Shown here: positions 19,069 to 29,151 of the stretch, piece by piece
How the letters are laid out: each line of letters opens with the position of its first letter
How positions within the stretch are numbered: the stretch's first letter is position 1
Assembly: GCA_049322915.1 (NCBI GenBank)
Contig: JBMOPW010000014.1
Span: forward strand, 376,983 to 440,982
Direction: 5' to 3'
DNA length: 64,000 bases
Source: Candidatus Zhuqueibacterota bacterium
GTDB lineage: Bacteria; Zhuqueibacterota; Zhuqueibacteria; Thermofontimicrobiales; Thermofontimicrobiaceae
Notes under the pieces: generated by a model
Databases searched by the model: none
What the model saw: only the letters and a program-made list of their open reading frames with translations
What the model was told of the DNA's origin: nothing
Program-made: the position numbers and the translations under genes

Positions 19069-20504
19069 AGCGCTATACCTGATTTCAATTTTAATTTATG
19101 AATTAATAGCTCGTGTATATTGCCAAATGCCCCGTTGCTCATGATCAGAATGTGATCACCCGGACGCGCATGGCCCGCAAGATAATCGACTATTTCCGGA
19201 ACAGATGGCACGTAGTGAGCTTCGTGATTTCTGAGTTGTATTTTTTTGATCAGCGATGATATTGAAAGGCGCTTCTCCTGTTTGACTTTCTCCGGCAGAT
19301 GCAGCGGCGCAAGGATTGTGACATCGGCATCGTCGAACGCGGCAGCATACTGATCTTCCATGATTTTGTTTTTTGCTGTGGCCGTGCGCGGTTCGTACAC
19401 CGCCCAGATTTTTTTATTCGGATAGCGACAGCGCAAACCGTTGATCGTGGATTTCACCTTGGTTGGATGATGGGCGAAATCGTCGTAAATGGAAATATCG
19501 TTGATGACCGCCTTCACCTCGAGCCGCTTTAAAATGTTCTGAAACAGCGGCAGTCCCTGAATAATCTTGTCTGCGGGCAATCCGTAGAAATGGGTTGCGC
19601 CCACTGCCGCTAATGCGTTACTGATGTTGTGATAGCCGGTGAGCGGCATGGACACCGAGGCGAAGAGCGCATTGTTTTTGAAAATATCGAATGTTGTCTG
19701 ATCCGGGGAAAACTGTATGTTTTCGGCGCGCCAGAAAGCGTCGTTGTTGACGCCAAAGGTCTGGACCGGCGCGAGCGAGTACGGGATCAGTTCCGCCAAT
19801 ACCGGGTCGGCCGCGTTGGCCAGCAACAGCCCATTGCCCGGGATGAGATTGATGAAGCGTCGAAACGCTAATTTGTAAACGTCGAAATTATCGTAAATAT
19901 CGGCATGGTCGAATTCAATGTTATTGATGATGGCTACTTCAGGGAGATAGTGAAAATACTTAGCAGCCTTGTCGAAAAAGGCGGTATCGTATTCATCGCC
20001 TTCCACCACGAATAAATTGGATGCCCCCACTTTGAAGCCCTGATTGAAATTTCGGGGGATGCCGCCGATGAGAAAGCCGGGGTCAGCGCCGCCGAATTCC
20101 AGCAGCCAGGCGGTGAGGGAACTGGTCGTTGTCTTCCCGTGCGTGCCGGCAACGACGATGTTGTTTTTGCCGAGAAGAAAAAAATCCTTCAGTGCGGCAG
20201 CCATGGAAGTGTACGGAATTTTTTCATTCAGCACGGTCTCCACTTCCGGATTGCCTCGGGACATGGCATTGCCGATAATGACCAAATCCGGGCGGGACGA
20301 TAAATGTTCAGGCTTAAATCCCTCGAATATTTTAATACCCTGCGACTCCAGAAACGTGCTCATCGGAGGGTAGACATGGTCATCGGACCCGCTGACCTGA
20401 TAGCCCTGCGATTTCAGCATCGCCGCGAGCGAGCCCATCGCTGTGCCGCATATCGCGATGAAATAGATGTGTTTAATTTCGCGCGTTCGCATGTCTCGAA
20501 TCAA
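19065..20504 (-). CDS. mpl: Murein peptide ligase
   Basis: IAICGTAMG, VYPPMS, GNAMSRGNPE, GTHGKTTT, EGDEYDTAFFDK and DDFAHHPT. Confidence 0.95.
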   Translation of the reverse strand: MIRDMRTREIKHIYFIAICGTAMGSLAAMLKSQGYQVSGSDDHVYPPMSTFLESQGIKIFEGFKPEHLSSRPDLVIIGNAMSRGNPEVETVLNEKIPYTSMAAALKDFFLLGKNNIVVAGTHGKTTTSSLTAWLLEFGGADPGFLIGGIPRNFNQGFKVGASNLFVVEGDEYDTAFFDKAAKYFHYLPEVAIINNIEFDHADIYDNFDVYKLAFRRFINLIPGNGLLLANAADPVLAELIPYSLAPVQTFGVNNDAFWRAENIQFSPDQTTFDIFKNNALFASVSMPLTGYHNISNALAAVGATHFYGLPADKIIQGLPLFQNILKRLEVKAVINDISIYDDFAHHPTKVKSTINGLRCRYPNKKIWAVYEPRTATAKNKIMEDQYAAAFDDADVTILAPLHLPEKVKQEKRLSISSLIKKIQLRNHEAHYVPSVPEIVDYLAGHARPGDHILIMSNGAFGNIHELLIHKLKLKSGIAL

Positions 20505-21025
20505 TTTCCAATCGTTAAAAGAATGTCCAGCAAATCCTGTTCAATGCTCACCATCGGATTTTCCACAATTCGGCCCAATTCTTTGTCGCCCTGAAAAACG
20601 ATGAATGTCGGCACGAATTCTATCTGGTTTTTTTCAGCCAGTCCTTCCAGATCCCGTTTGGTTCGGTCCAATCCAATCAGGGAATAGCCGAGATTGCTGT
20701 TACCTGTCTGTTCCATGATTTTCAGGAATCGCGGAACCTGGCGTTGGCAATCCGGGCACCATGTCCCTAAAAATACCACAATAGTTGCCGCATGCGGAAA
20801 TTTTCTTAATTGAAGAATGACCGCTTCATCCGGCTGATACATATCGCATTCGGATTGATATTCGGGGAGTTGCTTCAAGAGTTGTTCGGCCGACAATTTT
20901 CCGGTCAGAATAATTTTATTGGATTGCGGAGCAGGGCGTGAATTTGAAGTGCCTTTTATTGGTCCTGAGCAGGTGACGAAGACCGCAGCCAGAATCAACA
21001 TGACGTATGAATGGAATGTCTCCAC
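20501..21025 (-). CDS. Thioredoxin-family protein, probable lipoprotein
   Basis: FLGTWCPDC, VPTFI and ELGRIVENP. Lipobox-like FVTC. Confidence 0.88.
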   Translation of the reverse strand: METFHSYVMLILAAVFVTCSGPIKGTSNSRPAPQSNKIILTGKLSAEQLLKQLPEYQSECDMYQPDEAVILQLRKFPHAATIVVFLGTWCPDCQRQVPRFLKIMEQTGNSNLGYSLIGLDRTKRDLEGLAEKNQIEFVPTFIVFQGDKELGRIVENPMVSIEQDLLDILLTIGN

Positions 21026-21277
21026 GGCTATCCCGGATTAATATGGTTCGTATTGGCTTCGCAGTATGAGGGAACGCCCGCATCATTCGGGCGGATCGAA
21101 TCGGTTACTTAGAGCTGCGTTGAATTATCGAGTATGTCCATAAAAAACCACTGCATTGCGCCGGAAGGATTGCGACAGTCAAGGCAGTCGTCGAAATCCA
21201 TGTTTCAATCCGCTCACTGACGGACGTTTCGGCGTGGTACAGCGCCATGCAGGTGAAAGTTTAAAATGCATGTCAAA

Positions 21278-21367
21278 AAAATTCTGACCCACGAAATACA
21301 CAAAAATCCACGCACATTGGACTTACATAACATCCGTGTGTTTTCGTGTTTTTCGTGGGCAGATTTT
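21278..21367. repeat. Intergenic palindromic element built of ~9-nt CACGAAA-like units
   Basis: CCCACGAAATACACAAAAATCCACG pairs imperfectly with CGTGTGTTTTCGTGTTTTTCGTGGG. Confidence 0.75.
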
Positions 21368-21402
21368 GATTGGAACATACGGTTCAGATTTTCACAAGGT
21401 AT

Positions 21403-22221
21403 TTAAAGTGAACTGCTCTGTATCCCATCCTTGTTCAGCAACAGGGTAACGACCTCACCTTTTTCGCCCAATTGGCCAAGATCTACACCATTCAAGTACA
21501 GTCGGATTCCACCGCCATTCCCAATGCGAAGCAGGTATTTTTCTTCCGCTTCCCAGTTCGCATTGCTTCCTGTATCGAAAATATAATCTTTGGCAGCACT
21601 GTCATCAACGGCAATTTGTACCCATGTTTTCTCGAGTGTTTTTACTTCCAGCGAGAGCTTTTTATTCATCGTAAACAGCTTGCTGGCAATGGACATTGCC
21701 GATGTGTCCAGGTTGTTTTTATGGATTGTATTTCCCAGCGCCGTACCGGTTGAATCTGATAGGTACGCTGCCTGGTCTGTGTCCCCATTCATCAAAGAGA
21801 AGAGGATGAATATGACACTGACAAGTCCCACTCCCAACCAGATGAATTTTTTCTGGCGGAGATAGGGCCCAATGGATGTCCTGACTTTGGCAATTGCATC
21901 AGGTTGTTTTTTTGGTGAAGACGCGATTTGAACTTCGTTTTCTAAAAGGGTATCGGTTCTTGTCTTCCCCCTGGAAATGATTGCATCATACTCGACCAAA
22001 ATTTTTTGAGCGTCCTTGCCCAGCTCTTTCACATATACTTTCAGAAAGTTCCGGACGAAAAGTTCCGGCAGATAATCAAACCTGCCACCTTCCATGTGCT
22101 TGAGAAAGTTGATGTTAATTTTAGTCTGACTTGCTACTTTTTCCAAAGACAATTTTTTTAATTCACGTAACCTTCTTAGATTCTCACCCAGTTGCATCAA
22201 CTCTTTTTCCTTTTCCTCCAA
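21403..22221 (-). CDS. rodZ: RodZ-like protein (HTH, transmembrane helix, DUF4115)
   Basis: N-terminal HTH (LGENLRRLRE ... FVRNFLKVY), one TM, C-terminal RIGNGGGIRLYLNG. Confidence 0.88.
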   Translation of the reverse strand: MEEKEKELMQLGENLRRLRELKKLSLEKVASQTKININFLKHMEGGRFDYLPELFVRNFLKVYVKELGKDAQKILVEYDAIISRGKTRTDTLLENEVQIASSPKKQPDAIAKVRTSIGPYLRQKKFIWLGVGLVSVIFILFSLMNGDTDQAAYLSDSTGTALGNTIHKNNLDTSAMSIASKLFTMNKKLSLEVKTLEKTWVQIAVDDSAAKDYIFDTGSNANWEAEEKYLLRIGNGGGIRLYLNGVDLGQLGEKGEVVTLLLNKDGIQSSSL

Positions 22222-22316
22222 TTTTTTCCTTCCTCCTCAAAAAGGATTTTTTACCCATGCAACAGTTTAAAAAAATGAATGGCTACCAAAAATAGTATGC
22301 TCTTTGTTTTTTACGA

Positions 22317-22913
22317 TCACCTCCTGTCTGTTAGTATTCTTTTTAACGCAAGGTACAGTTTTGTCACCGGCAAACCCATGACATTGTAATAGCAGCCGTT
22401 GATGGATTGGACGAACACTGCGCCTTCATCCTGAATTCCATAGGAACCGGCTTTGTCCCGCGGCTGACCGGAGTCGATATATTTTTCAATTTCCGACGTT
22501 TCCAGGTCACGAAATCGAACATCGGTGACTTCATAATCCGAGTGAATTTTGTGATCCGGCATTGTGATGATGGAAAATCCCGTATACACCTGATGCCGGG
22601 CGCCGCTCAGCATGCTGAGCATTTTATAACTGTCCGCAGCATGGATTGGTTTACCCAAAACCTGTCCGTTCATCACCACGACAGAATCCGCGCCGATGAT
22701 AATTCCCTCCGGGATATTTTTCGCCACCTCTTCCGCTTTGCGCGTGGCGAGCGTTTGCACCAATTCAATGGGCGCTAACGCAGAACAATCGTTTTCATCA
22801 ATACTGCTGGTACAGACCTCGAAATGAGACACAACTTTTTTGATCAGCTCTATTCTACGCGGCGATTGAGATGCTAACACGATTCGAATAGACGCCGTAT
22901 TTAAAAATGCCAT
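22317..22913 (-). CDS. maf: Maf family nucleotide pyrophosphatase
   Basis: LASQSPRR, IGADSVV, LGKP, DKAGSYGIQ and NVMGLP. Confidence 0.95.
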   Translation of the reverse strand: MAFLNTASIRIVLASQSPRRIELIKKVVSHFEVCTSSIDENDCSALAPIELVQTLATRKAEEVAKNIPEGIIIGADSVVVMNGQVLGKPIHAADSYKMLSMLSGARHQVYTGFSIITMPDHKIHSDYEVTDVRFRDLETSEIEKYIDSGQPRDKAGSYGIQDEGAVFVQSINGCYYNVMGLPVTKLYLALKRILTDRR

Positions 22914-23327
22914 AAAAAAATTCTTGTGTTACGGAGATGAAAAAAAGCGAGTTTTTCAACCGTTATTTCTACTTCAACTGATAAAAAAACTCTATTCGGA
23001 TCCGGATTTCCATCGATCATTTAATGGGCGAAAAATTCAGTGTTAAAAAACGGGTCTTAGTAAAAATCAACGAGTTTTTCCCGATGAAAAAGGCATTAAA
23101 TTTTTCGCTGCAACACAATTACTATATACTTATTTTTTATACAAAAATCAAGTAAAAAATTTAAAGAAATTTAGTGCATATCTGAGCGAAATTCTGAAGG
23201 TCGGCGGCGATGTTGCCCTGCTGAATTTTGAAGCGATGGCAACATGAAGGCAAGGATGATTGTAAATGCAATGATAGCGTTCCGCTGAACCAGCATCCGG
23301 CGCATGAATAATCAGAATGATAGGATG

Positions 23328-23503
23328 GAAATTCAGTGACTATTCGGCTGCGAAGCACAAAGAAAAAGAAATCGAAAAGTATGAGCTGTGAGAAGCTGAA
23401 TTTGGTTTTAAAAAAAGTTGAATAAGAAATTTACATCTTCGTGTAACTTGGTGATCCAGAGTCTTTGCGGTAAGAAAAGATGCCTGAATAGTGACGAAAT
23501 TCA
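23328..23503. mobile_element. MITE-like element 23336-23495 with a perfect 8-bp target duplication
   Basis: Ends GTGACTATTCGG and CTGAATAGTGAC. GAAATTCA at both 23328-23335 and 23496-23503. Interior resembles 41167-41300. Confidence 0.8.
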
Positions 23504-23514
23504 GACGCCGAATT

Positions 23515-24060
23515 TCATCGCTCGATTCCATCTCTGGCCGGAGTGCCCTGATGATAGTAATGTTTCACTTCCACCATTTCTGTAACCAGGTCCGCAATAT
23601 CCACTAATTGCTGGGGCGCGTAGCGGCCGGTCAGCACCAACTCCATGGCGTCGGGCCGGGACTGGACCAGTGCGATGACCCGGTCAAGTGGGATCAATTT
23701 GAAATACAGCGCCACATTGATTTCATCGAGAATGATGATGTCAAATTCACCGGAGTTCATGGCCCTGGTCGCTGCCGAAAGGCCTGCGTCCGCTAACCGA
23801 ATATCTTCATCCGTTGGCTTATCGACGTGGACAAAGGTGTCCTTCCCGAACTGCTCGATGGTAATTTCCGGAATCCGTCCGGCAGTGACGAGTTCACCGT
23901 AGGGTTGGCCTTTCATGAATTGGGCGATGTACGTCCGAAGACCCCGACCGGCCGCGCGAAACGCCAGACCCAGCGCTGCGCTCGTCTTGCCTTTCCCGTT
24001 GCCTGTATAGATATGGACCCGCCCGGTCGAAAGATGCGCTTTCGAAATGTCTGCCTGCAT
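23515..24060 (-). CDS. cobO: Cob(I)yrinic acid a,c-diamide adenosyltransferase (CobO/BtuR)
   Basis: YTGNGKGKT, AQFMKG, ILDEIN, LTGRYAP and ADLVTEM ... KHY. Start moved to ATG 24060. Confidence 0.93.
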   Translation of the reverse strand: MQADISKAHLSTGRVHIYTGNGKGKTSAALGLAFRAAGRGLRTYIAQFMKGQPYGELVTAGRIPEITIEQFGKDTFVHVDKPTDEDIRLADAGLSAATRAMNSGEFDIIILDEINVALYFKLIPLDRVIALVQSRPDAMELVLTGRYAPQQLVDIADLVTEMVEVKHYYHQGTPARDGIER

Positions 24061-24244
24061 GCTTTTTCTCTGATGAGTATTATTGAGCGGATTGTCGGAG
24101 CGATGAACTGGGACAATCCATTGGAACTGCCGACGGCATTCGGATGACTTGCGTTCGAATGCATTGAAAGCTGCCGATTCCCGCATTTCAAAACGATTGG
24201 CAATCGGCGTTACTGCAACGCGCGGCCCGAAGACAGTCGTTCTG

Positions 24245-24940
24245 TTATCGTTCGCCCAGATAGTATTTGAGCGAGATGCCAATGGTGAAATACGTGTCGT
24301 AGCGGTTTTCTCTGGTGTCCAAAGTCTTTCCGTCCGCGTCGACATAAGTGGTTAACGTTTGGCCTGTTGTATGCAGGAGCATGAATTGGCTGACGAATCC
24401 CACTAACAGATTTTCGCTGAAGGCATCGGTATAAATTCCGGCTTCAATCAATCCGCCAGGTCCGTGACGTTTCCGGGGGCGCTTCAATTCGCCGTAATAG
24501 GGATCGGAAAGCTTGGTCTGAAACCAATAATAGGCCACTCCGGCGCCCACATAGGCGTCCAACTGATCCTTCACCTGAAAGCGGTAACGCGTGGTGAGGG
24601 GAAATCCGTACACATTTACGACCTCCTGTTCCAGCGTGGGGTAGTAACTGTAGGGATCGATTACAGTCACCCACTCCGGATCGTGCGGCGACGAATTCCC
24701 AAAATCAAACGCCAGGTGCGCAATCTCCAGGTTTTTGGTCAACTGATAACCGAGGCCAAATCGCAGCGCAAAGCCGGTGAGAACATCGTCGCCCGTTCCG
24801 GCCATGGGAATCCGAAGTCCAAAGAGAAACTCGCTCGTGAATTTATTGGGATGCTCAAAATTGGAGACCTTCATTTGAGCGGATAAATTTATAAAAAAAC
24901 AGAGAATCACTGAGACAATAATGAGCGGTAATTTTTTCAT
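24245..24940 (-). CDS. Putative outer-membrane beta-barrel protein
   Basis: Signal peptide, alternating hydrophobic strands (YVGAGVAYY), terminal strand IGISLKYYL. Confidence 0.7.
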   Translation of the reverse strand: MKKLPLIIVSVILCFFINLSAQMKVSNFEHPNKFTSEFLFGLRIPMAGTGDDVLTGFALRFGLGYQLTKNLEIAHLAFDFGNSSPHDPEWVTVIDPYSYYPTLEQEVVNVYGFPLTTRYRFQVKDQLDAYVGAGVAYYWFQTKLSDPYYGELKRPRKRHGPGGLIEAGIYTDAFSENLLVGFVSQFMLLHTTGQTLTTYVDADGKTLDTRENRYDTYFTIGISLKYYLGER

Positions 24941-25123
24941 GTTGACACCTTAAAAAAAATTATAGAGTCATCTGTATAGCGCTATCTGGTTTAGGATTCA
25001 TTCAGCTGTACGAGCATGACTTAAAAGATAGTGATGATGCGCAGCAGCGATTTGAAACCATCGGGATGGTTCACAAAAAATTTGGACTGGATTTGGCCTG
25101 CCGTCACATCATTGGGTGAAATA

Positions 25124-25152
25124 AATATAGCGCGAACCGTCGCAAATTGCAA
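25124..25152 (-). promoter_or_regulatory. Putative sigma70 promoter
   Basis: TTGCAA-N17-TATATT upstream of the beta-barrel gene. Confidence 0.5.
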
Positions 25153-25386
25153 GCGAAAAAATAGTGTCATTTTAGACGGTGGGATGCATGAAAAGTTGGC
25201 TGGAAATTTTCTCCCAACCGCACCAGCGATGGCAGCGTGGGTGTTGCCAGAGACGGAATGTTCGGAGAATCGATTTAATTCTATGGTCAAAAAATAAAAA
25301 TGTCACGCGCCTGGAAATTTTAAAAACAAAGATGCGTGACATGAATATCGGATTTTATGGTGATCAATCAGGAGGATCAAATCGAT

Positions 25387-27738
25387 TTAGCCGCACTCAG
25401 AATAACCGCAAGCGCGGCATACCATACACCCACCCTCGTGCTCGATCTGTCCGCCGCATTCCGGACAGGCGCCTCCGCTGGTGGTGTAAATGGACGGATC
25501 GTCCTGCATGTTGAGATATTTGCCAATGGCTTTGGACACGGCATCGGCGCACGAGAGGACTTTTTCGTTGCCCAATCCGCTTGGTTTGTGGCACGTGATG
25601 CCCATGAGCGATTTGCGGACTTCATCCGGGGAGACGCCATTGCGCCAGGCTAATGAGATGAGACGACCAATGGCTTCGGATTGGCTGGCGGCGCAGCCGC
25701 CGGCTTTTCCGATTGTATTGAATAATTCGATAGGCCCCTGTTCGTCCTCGTTGATGGTGATGTAAATCGAACCACAGCCGGTGCGAAGGCGCAATGTTTT
25801 TCCGGTCAATACCGATGGCCTGTTTCTTCTGATAGGTTCGACGGTGACGACCTTCGGAGCAGTTGCCGACTTGCCTTTGTTCAACACCTGAACATCGCGG
25901 CTGCCATCGCGATAAATGGTCACGCCTTTGCAGCCCAACTCGTAGGCGCGTCGATAGGCATCATTCACATCCTGCAATGTGGCGTCATTGGGAAAATTGA
26001 CCGTCTTGGAAACGGCATTGTCCGTATATTTTTGAAATGCAGCCTGCATCTGAATATGCCATTCCGGAGAGATGTCGTGGGACGTGATGAAAACCTGGCG
26101 TACGTGTTCGGGTATATCATTGAAGTCCTGAATGCTTCCCTTTTCGGCGACGCGTTTCATCAGATCATCGCTGTAAAAACCCTCATCACGGGCGACTTGC
26201 TCGAACAATGGGTAGACTTCCAGCAGCTTGTCATCATCCATCACATTGCGGACAAAGCTCAGTGCGAACAGCGGTTCGATGCCTGAAGAGCAGCCGGCAA
26301 TGATGCTGATGGTGCCGGTCGGCGCGATGGTCGTTCGTGTGGCGTTGCGATATTCCGGGCCATCCGGAAAGTAGACGCTCTTTTCATAATTGGGAAATGG
26401 ACCGCGCTCAGCGGCTAATTCCTGTGATTGCCGATTAGCTTCCTGAAAGATAAACTTCATGATGTCGCGTGCCGTTTGGATGGCGTCCTCGCTGTTGTAA
26501 GGAATGCCCAATTTGATCAGCATGTCGGCGAAGCCCATTATTCCGAGACCGATCTTCCGATTGCCTCTGGTCATTTTTTCGATCTCGGGCAGAGGAAATT
26601 TATTTTTATCAATGACATTGTCCAGAAACAGCACCGCCGTCCGGATCGTCCTGCGCAGCTTGTCGAAATTGATGCTTTTATTTTCTACCATCAGCGACAG
26701 GTTGATAGAACCTAAATTACAGCTTTCATAGGGCAGCAGGGGTTGCTCGCCGCAGGGATTGGTGCTTTCGATCTGACCAATTTGCGGCGTTGGATTGTCA
26801 AGATTAATTTTATCCAGAAATACGATACCCGGATCTCCATTTTTCCAGGCCATGGTAACAATTTTATCGAAGACGTCGCGCGCTTTCAGCCTGCCGGAGG
26901 GCAGCTTGGTGCGGGGATTTATCAGATCATATTCGTCATTATTTTTCAGCGCCTGCATAAACGTATCCGTGATGCCAACGGAGATGTTGAAATTGTTCAG
27001 CGCGTCATTATCCTGCTTGCAGGTGATGAAATCCAGAACATCCGGATGATCCACGCGGAGTATGGCCATGTTGGCGCCACGGCGAGTGCCGCCCTGTTTG
27101 ATGGCCTCTGTGGCCGCATCAAAAACTTTCATGAACGAGATCGGTCCGCTGGAAACTCCTTTTGTGGATTGGACAATATCCCGATTGGGTCGAATGCGGG
27201 AGAAGGAAAATCCGGTTCCACCGCCGCTTTTATGAATCAGGGCGGTGTGCTTGATGGTCTCGAATATGCTTTCCATGGAATCTTCCACTGGCAGCACAAA
27301 ACAGGCAGAGAGCTGTCCCAGTTTTCTGCCGGCATTCATCAGGGTCGGCGAATTGGGGAGGAATTCCAGTGAGGCCATGGCTTGGTAGAACAGTTCCTCG
27401 GCGCTGGCTAAATCGGCGTTTTCGTCATAAATGCTATTGGCCGACGCGATGAATTTCGCGATACGTCTGAACATCTGTTCGGGCGTCTCCACGACTTTGC
27501 CATTTTTATCTTTTATTAAATATCGCCGTTCCAACACTTTCAATGCATTTTCGGACAGCACTGGCTTTAGATCAGGTTTCATTTCAACAGGTTCAGTTTC
27601 TTTGTGGAAAGGTTTTTCCGATGAGATTTTCAATTGGATGCTTTTTGAGTTGTCGTTTGTGACGGATGCGGTGGAGTCGATTTCCAATTCATCAAACAAG
27701 TTTATCGTGCTCGATTCACCGATGTAAATTTTGGGCAT
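25387..27738 (-). CDS. nrdJ: Class II (adenosylcobalamin-dependent) ribonucleotide reductase with TSCPD and zinc-ribbon tail
   Basis: PNSPTLMNAG, SACFV, QGGTRRGANM, TNPCGEQPL, IAPTGTIS, VSKTVN and terminal CPEC/CRAC. ATG 27738 has GAGGTG upstream. Confidence 0.95.
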   Translation of the reverse strand: MPKIYIGESSTINLFDELEIDSTASVTNDNSKSIQLKISSEKPFHKETEPVEMKPDLKPVLSENALKVLERRYLIKDKNGKVVETPEQMFRRIAKFIASANSIYDENADLASAEELFYQAMASLEFLPNSPTLMNAGRKLGQLSACFVLPVEDSMESIFETIKHTALIHKSGGGTGFSFSRIRPNRDIVQSTKGVSSGPISFMKVFDAATEAIKQGGTRRGANMAILRVDHPDVLDFITCKQDNDALNNFNISVGITDTFMQALKNNDEYDLINPRTKLPSGRLKARDVFDKIVTMAWKNGDPGIVFLDKINLDNPTPQIGQIESTNPCGEQPLLPYESCNLGSINLSLMVENKSINFDKLRRTIRTAVLFLDNVIDKNKFPLPEIEKMTRGNRKIGLGIMGFADMLIKLGIPYNSEDAIQTARDIMKFIFQEANRQSQELAAERGPFPNYEKSVYFPDGPEYRNATRTTIAPTGTISIIAGCSSGIEPLFALSFVRNVMDDDKLLEVYPLFEQVARDEGFYSDDLMKRVAEKGSIQDFNDIPEHVRQVFITSHDISPEWHIQMQAAFQKYTDNAVSKTVNFPNDATLQDVNDAYRRAYELGCKGVTIYRDGSRDVQVLNKGKSATAPKVVTVEPIRRNRPSVLTGKTLRLRTGCGSIYITINEDEQGPIELFNTIGKAGGCAASQSEAIGRLISLAWRNGVSPDEVRKSLMGITCHKPSGLGNEKVLSCADAVSKAIGKYLNMQDDPSIYTTSGGACPECGGQIEHEGGCMVCRACGYSECG

Positions 27739-27818
27739 AGCACACCTCAGCCTCATGGTTGTTGAAAAGCATAAAGTTACGAATATTAACTGATTTTTCT
27801 TGTTCACGTTGGCCACTC

Positions 27819-27847
27819 AATATACAATGCTGGGATGAAATTGTCAA
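27819..27847 (-). promoter_or_regulatory. sigma70 promoter of nrdJ
   Basis: TTGACA-N17-TATATT. Confidence 0.7.
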
Positions 27848-27863
27848 GGAAAATTTGGAAGAA

Positions 27864-27911
27864 AGTCTATATTTTGTATTGACTCAAATCAATAAATACA
27901 ATATCTTGATA
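27864..27911. promoter_or_regulatory. Tandem NrdR-box candidates
   Basis: agtCTATATTTTGtat and ataCAATATCTTGata, 32 bp apart, upstream of nrdJ. Both resemble the acaCwAtATaTwGtgt consensus. Confidence 0.7.
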
Positions 27912-27962
27912 TTTAAAGAAGTTGGAGATTAAAGTTAAAAAAGATTCATTTTGAAAATTCCC

Positions 27963-27991
27963 TTGACTTGAAATCAAATAATATTTATATT
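27963..27991 (+). promoter_or_regulatory. sigma70 promoter of the rib operon
   Basis: TTGACT-N17-TATATT. Confidence 0.65.
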
Positions 27992-28046
27992 AGGCAAATT
28001 TAACAACGTGGAAATATTTCAGGTTAAACGATCTCTTTGAGGATGT

Positions 28047-29147
28047 GTGACTGAGAAACAGATTTTGAAAAAGGTGCTGCAGTTGGCCAGAAAGGGCAGA
28101 GGCAGAGTCAGCCCGAATCCGATGGTGGGATCGATCATTATCAAAGACGGTGAAATTGTCGGGCAAGGTTATCACCGCTGTTTCGGAAAAGATCACGCAG
28201 AAGTTGAAGCGCTCAAAGATGCCGGGGAGCGCGCGAAAGGCGCGACCCTGTACGTGAACCTCGAACCGTGCTGTCATCACGGCAAAACGCCGCCGTGCAC
28301 CGACGCCATCATTCGGGCCGGGATAAAAAAAGTGGTGGTCGGTATGGTCGATCCCAATCCCCTGGTCAACCAGGGCGGTATTAAGATTTTGCGCAGCCAC
28401 GGGATAGACGTCGTGACCGGCGTGGAGGAACAGGCGTGTCTGAATTTGAATCGGGCGTTCGTGAAGTACATTCAGACCGGCCTGCCCTGCGTGACCGTCA
28501 AATTTGCGCAGACCATCGACGGGCGAATCGCCACAAAAACCGGCCATTCCCAGTGGATATCGTCGTTTAAATCGCGGGTTGAAGCCCACCGCATTCGCAG
28601 CGAGAACGACGCTATCATTGTTGGAATCCACACTGTAAAAGCGGATGATCCGCAGCTCACCGTCCGGCACGTTCGCGGCGTCAATCCGTTCCGAATTGTG
28701 CTGGATAGCCATCTGAAAATTCCTCTCACCAGCAAGCTGCTGACGGATGAATTTGTCTCCAAAACAATCATTGCCACGATTGAAACAGAGTCCCCGGTGA
28801 TCGACGCATTGAAACAGCGAGGCGCGCACGTGTGGCCCATCCAAAGCGATTCTCAGGGACGAATTTCCCTGCCGCATCTGCTTCAGAAAATCGGGCAGGC
28901 GCGCATGAGTTCGGTGATGGTCGAGGGCGGCGCGCAGGTGGTCACCTCGTTTCTGAAAGGAAAATTAGCGGATCGAATCATCATTGCTGTCGCGCCAAAA
29001 ATTTTGGGCAGCGGCATTGATTCCGTGGCGGAACTCGATGTGCTGACTGTAGACGAGGGAGTGCTGCTGGAAAATGTCTCTGTCAAAAAAATAGCCGGCG
29101 ATTTGCTCGTCTCCGCGGATTTGAAGTATAACAAGGACGCGAAATAA
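28047..29147 (+). CDS. ribD: Riboflavin deaminase/reductase
   Basis: PNPMVG, HAE, LEPCCHHGKTPPC and VEGG. Confidence 0.96.
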   Translation: MTEKQILKKVLQLARKGRGRVSPNPMVGSIIIKDGEIVGQGYHRCFGKDHAEVEALKDAGERAKGATLYVNLEPCCHHGKTPPCTDAIIRAGIKKVVVGMVDPNPLVNQGGIKILRSHGIDVVTGVEEQACLNLNRAFVKYIQTGLPCVTVKFAQTIDGRIATKTGHSQWISSFKSRVEAHRIRSENDAIIVGIHTVKADDPQLTVRHVRGVNPFRIVLDSHLKIPLTSKLLTDEFVSKTIIATIETESPVIDALKQRGAHVWPIQSDSQGRISLPHLLQKIGQARMSSVMVEGGAQVVTSFLKGKLADRIIIAVAPKILGSGIDSVAELDVLTVDEGVLLENVSVKKIAGDLLVSADLKYNKDAK

Positions 29148-29151
29148 GACC

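Noticed and set aside
24061..24244. Cobalamin riboswitch or N-terminal extension of cobO
   Set aside because: No B12-box motif recognised. The extended ORF overlaps the upstream gene, and family similarity starts near 24060.
27991..28046. FMN riboswitch before ribD
   Set aside because: The leader is only about 50 nt and has no RFN motifs.
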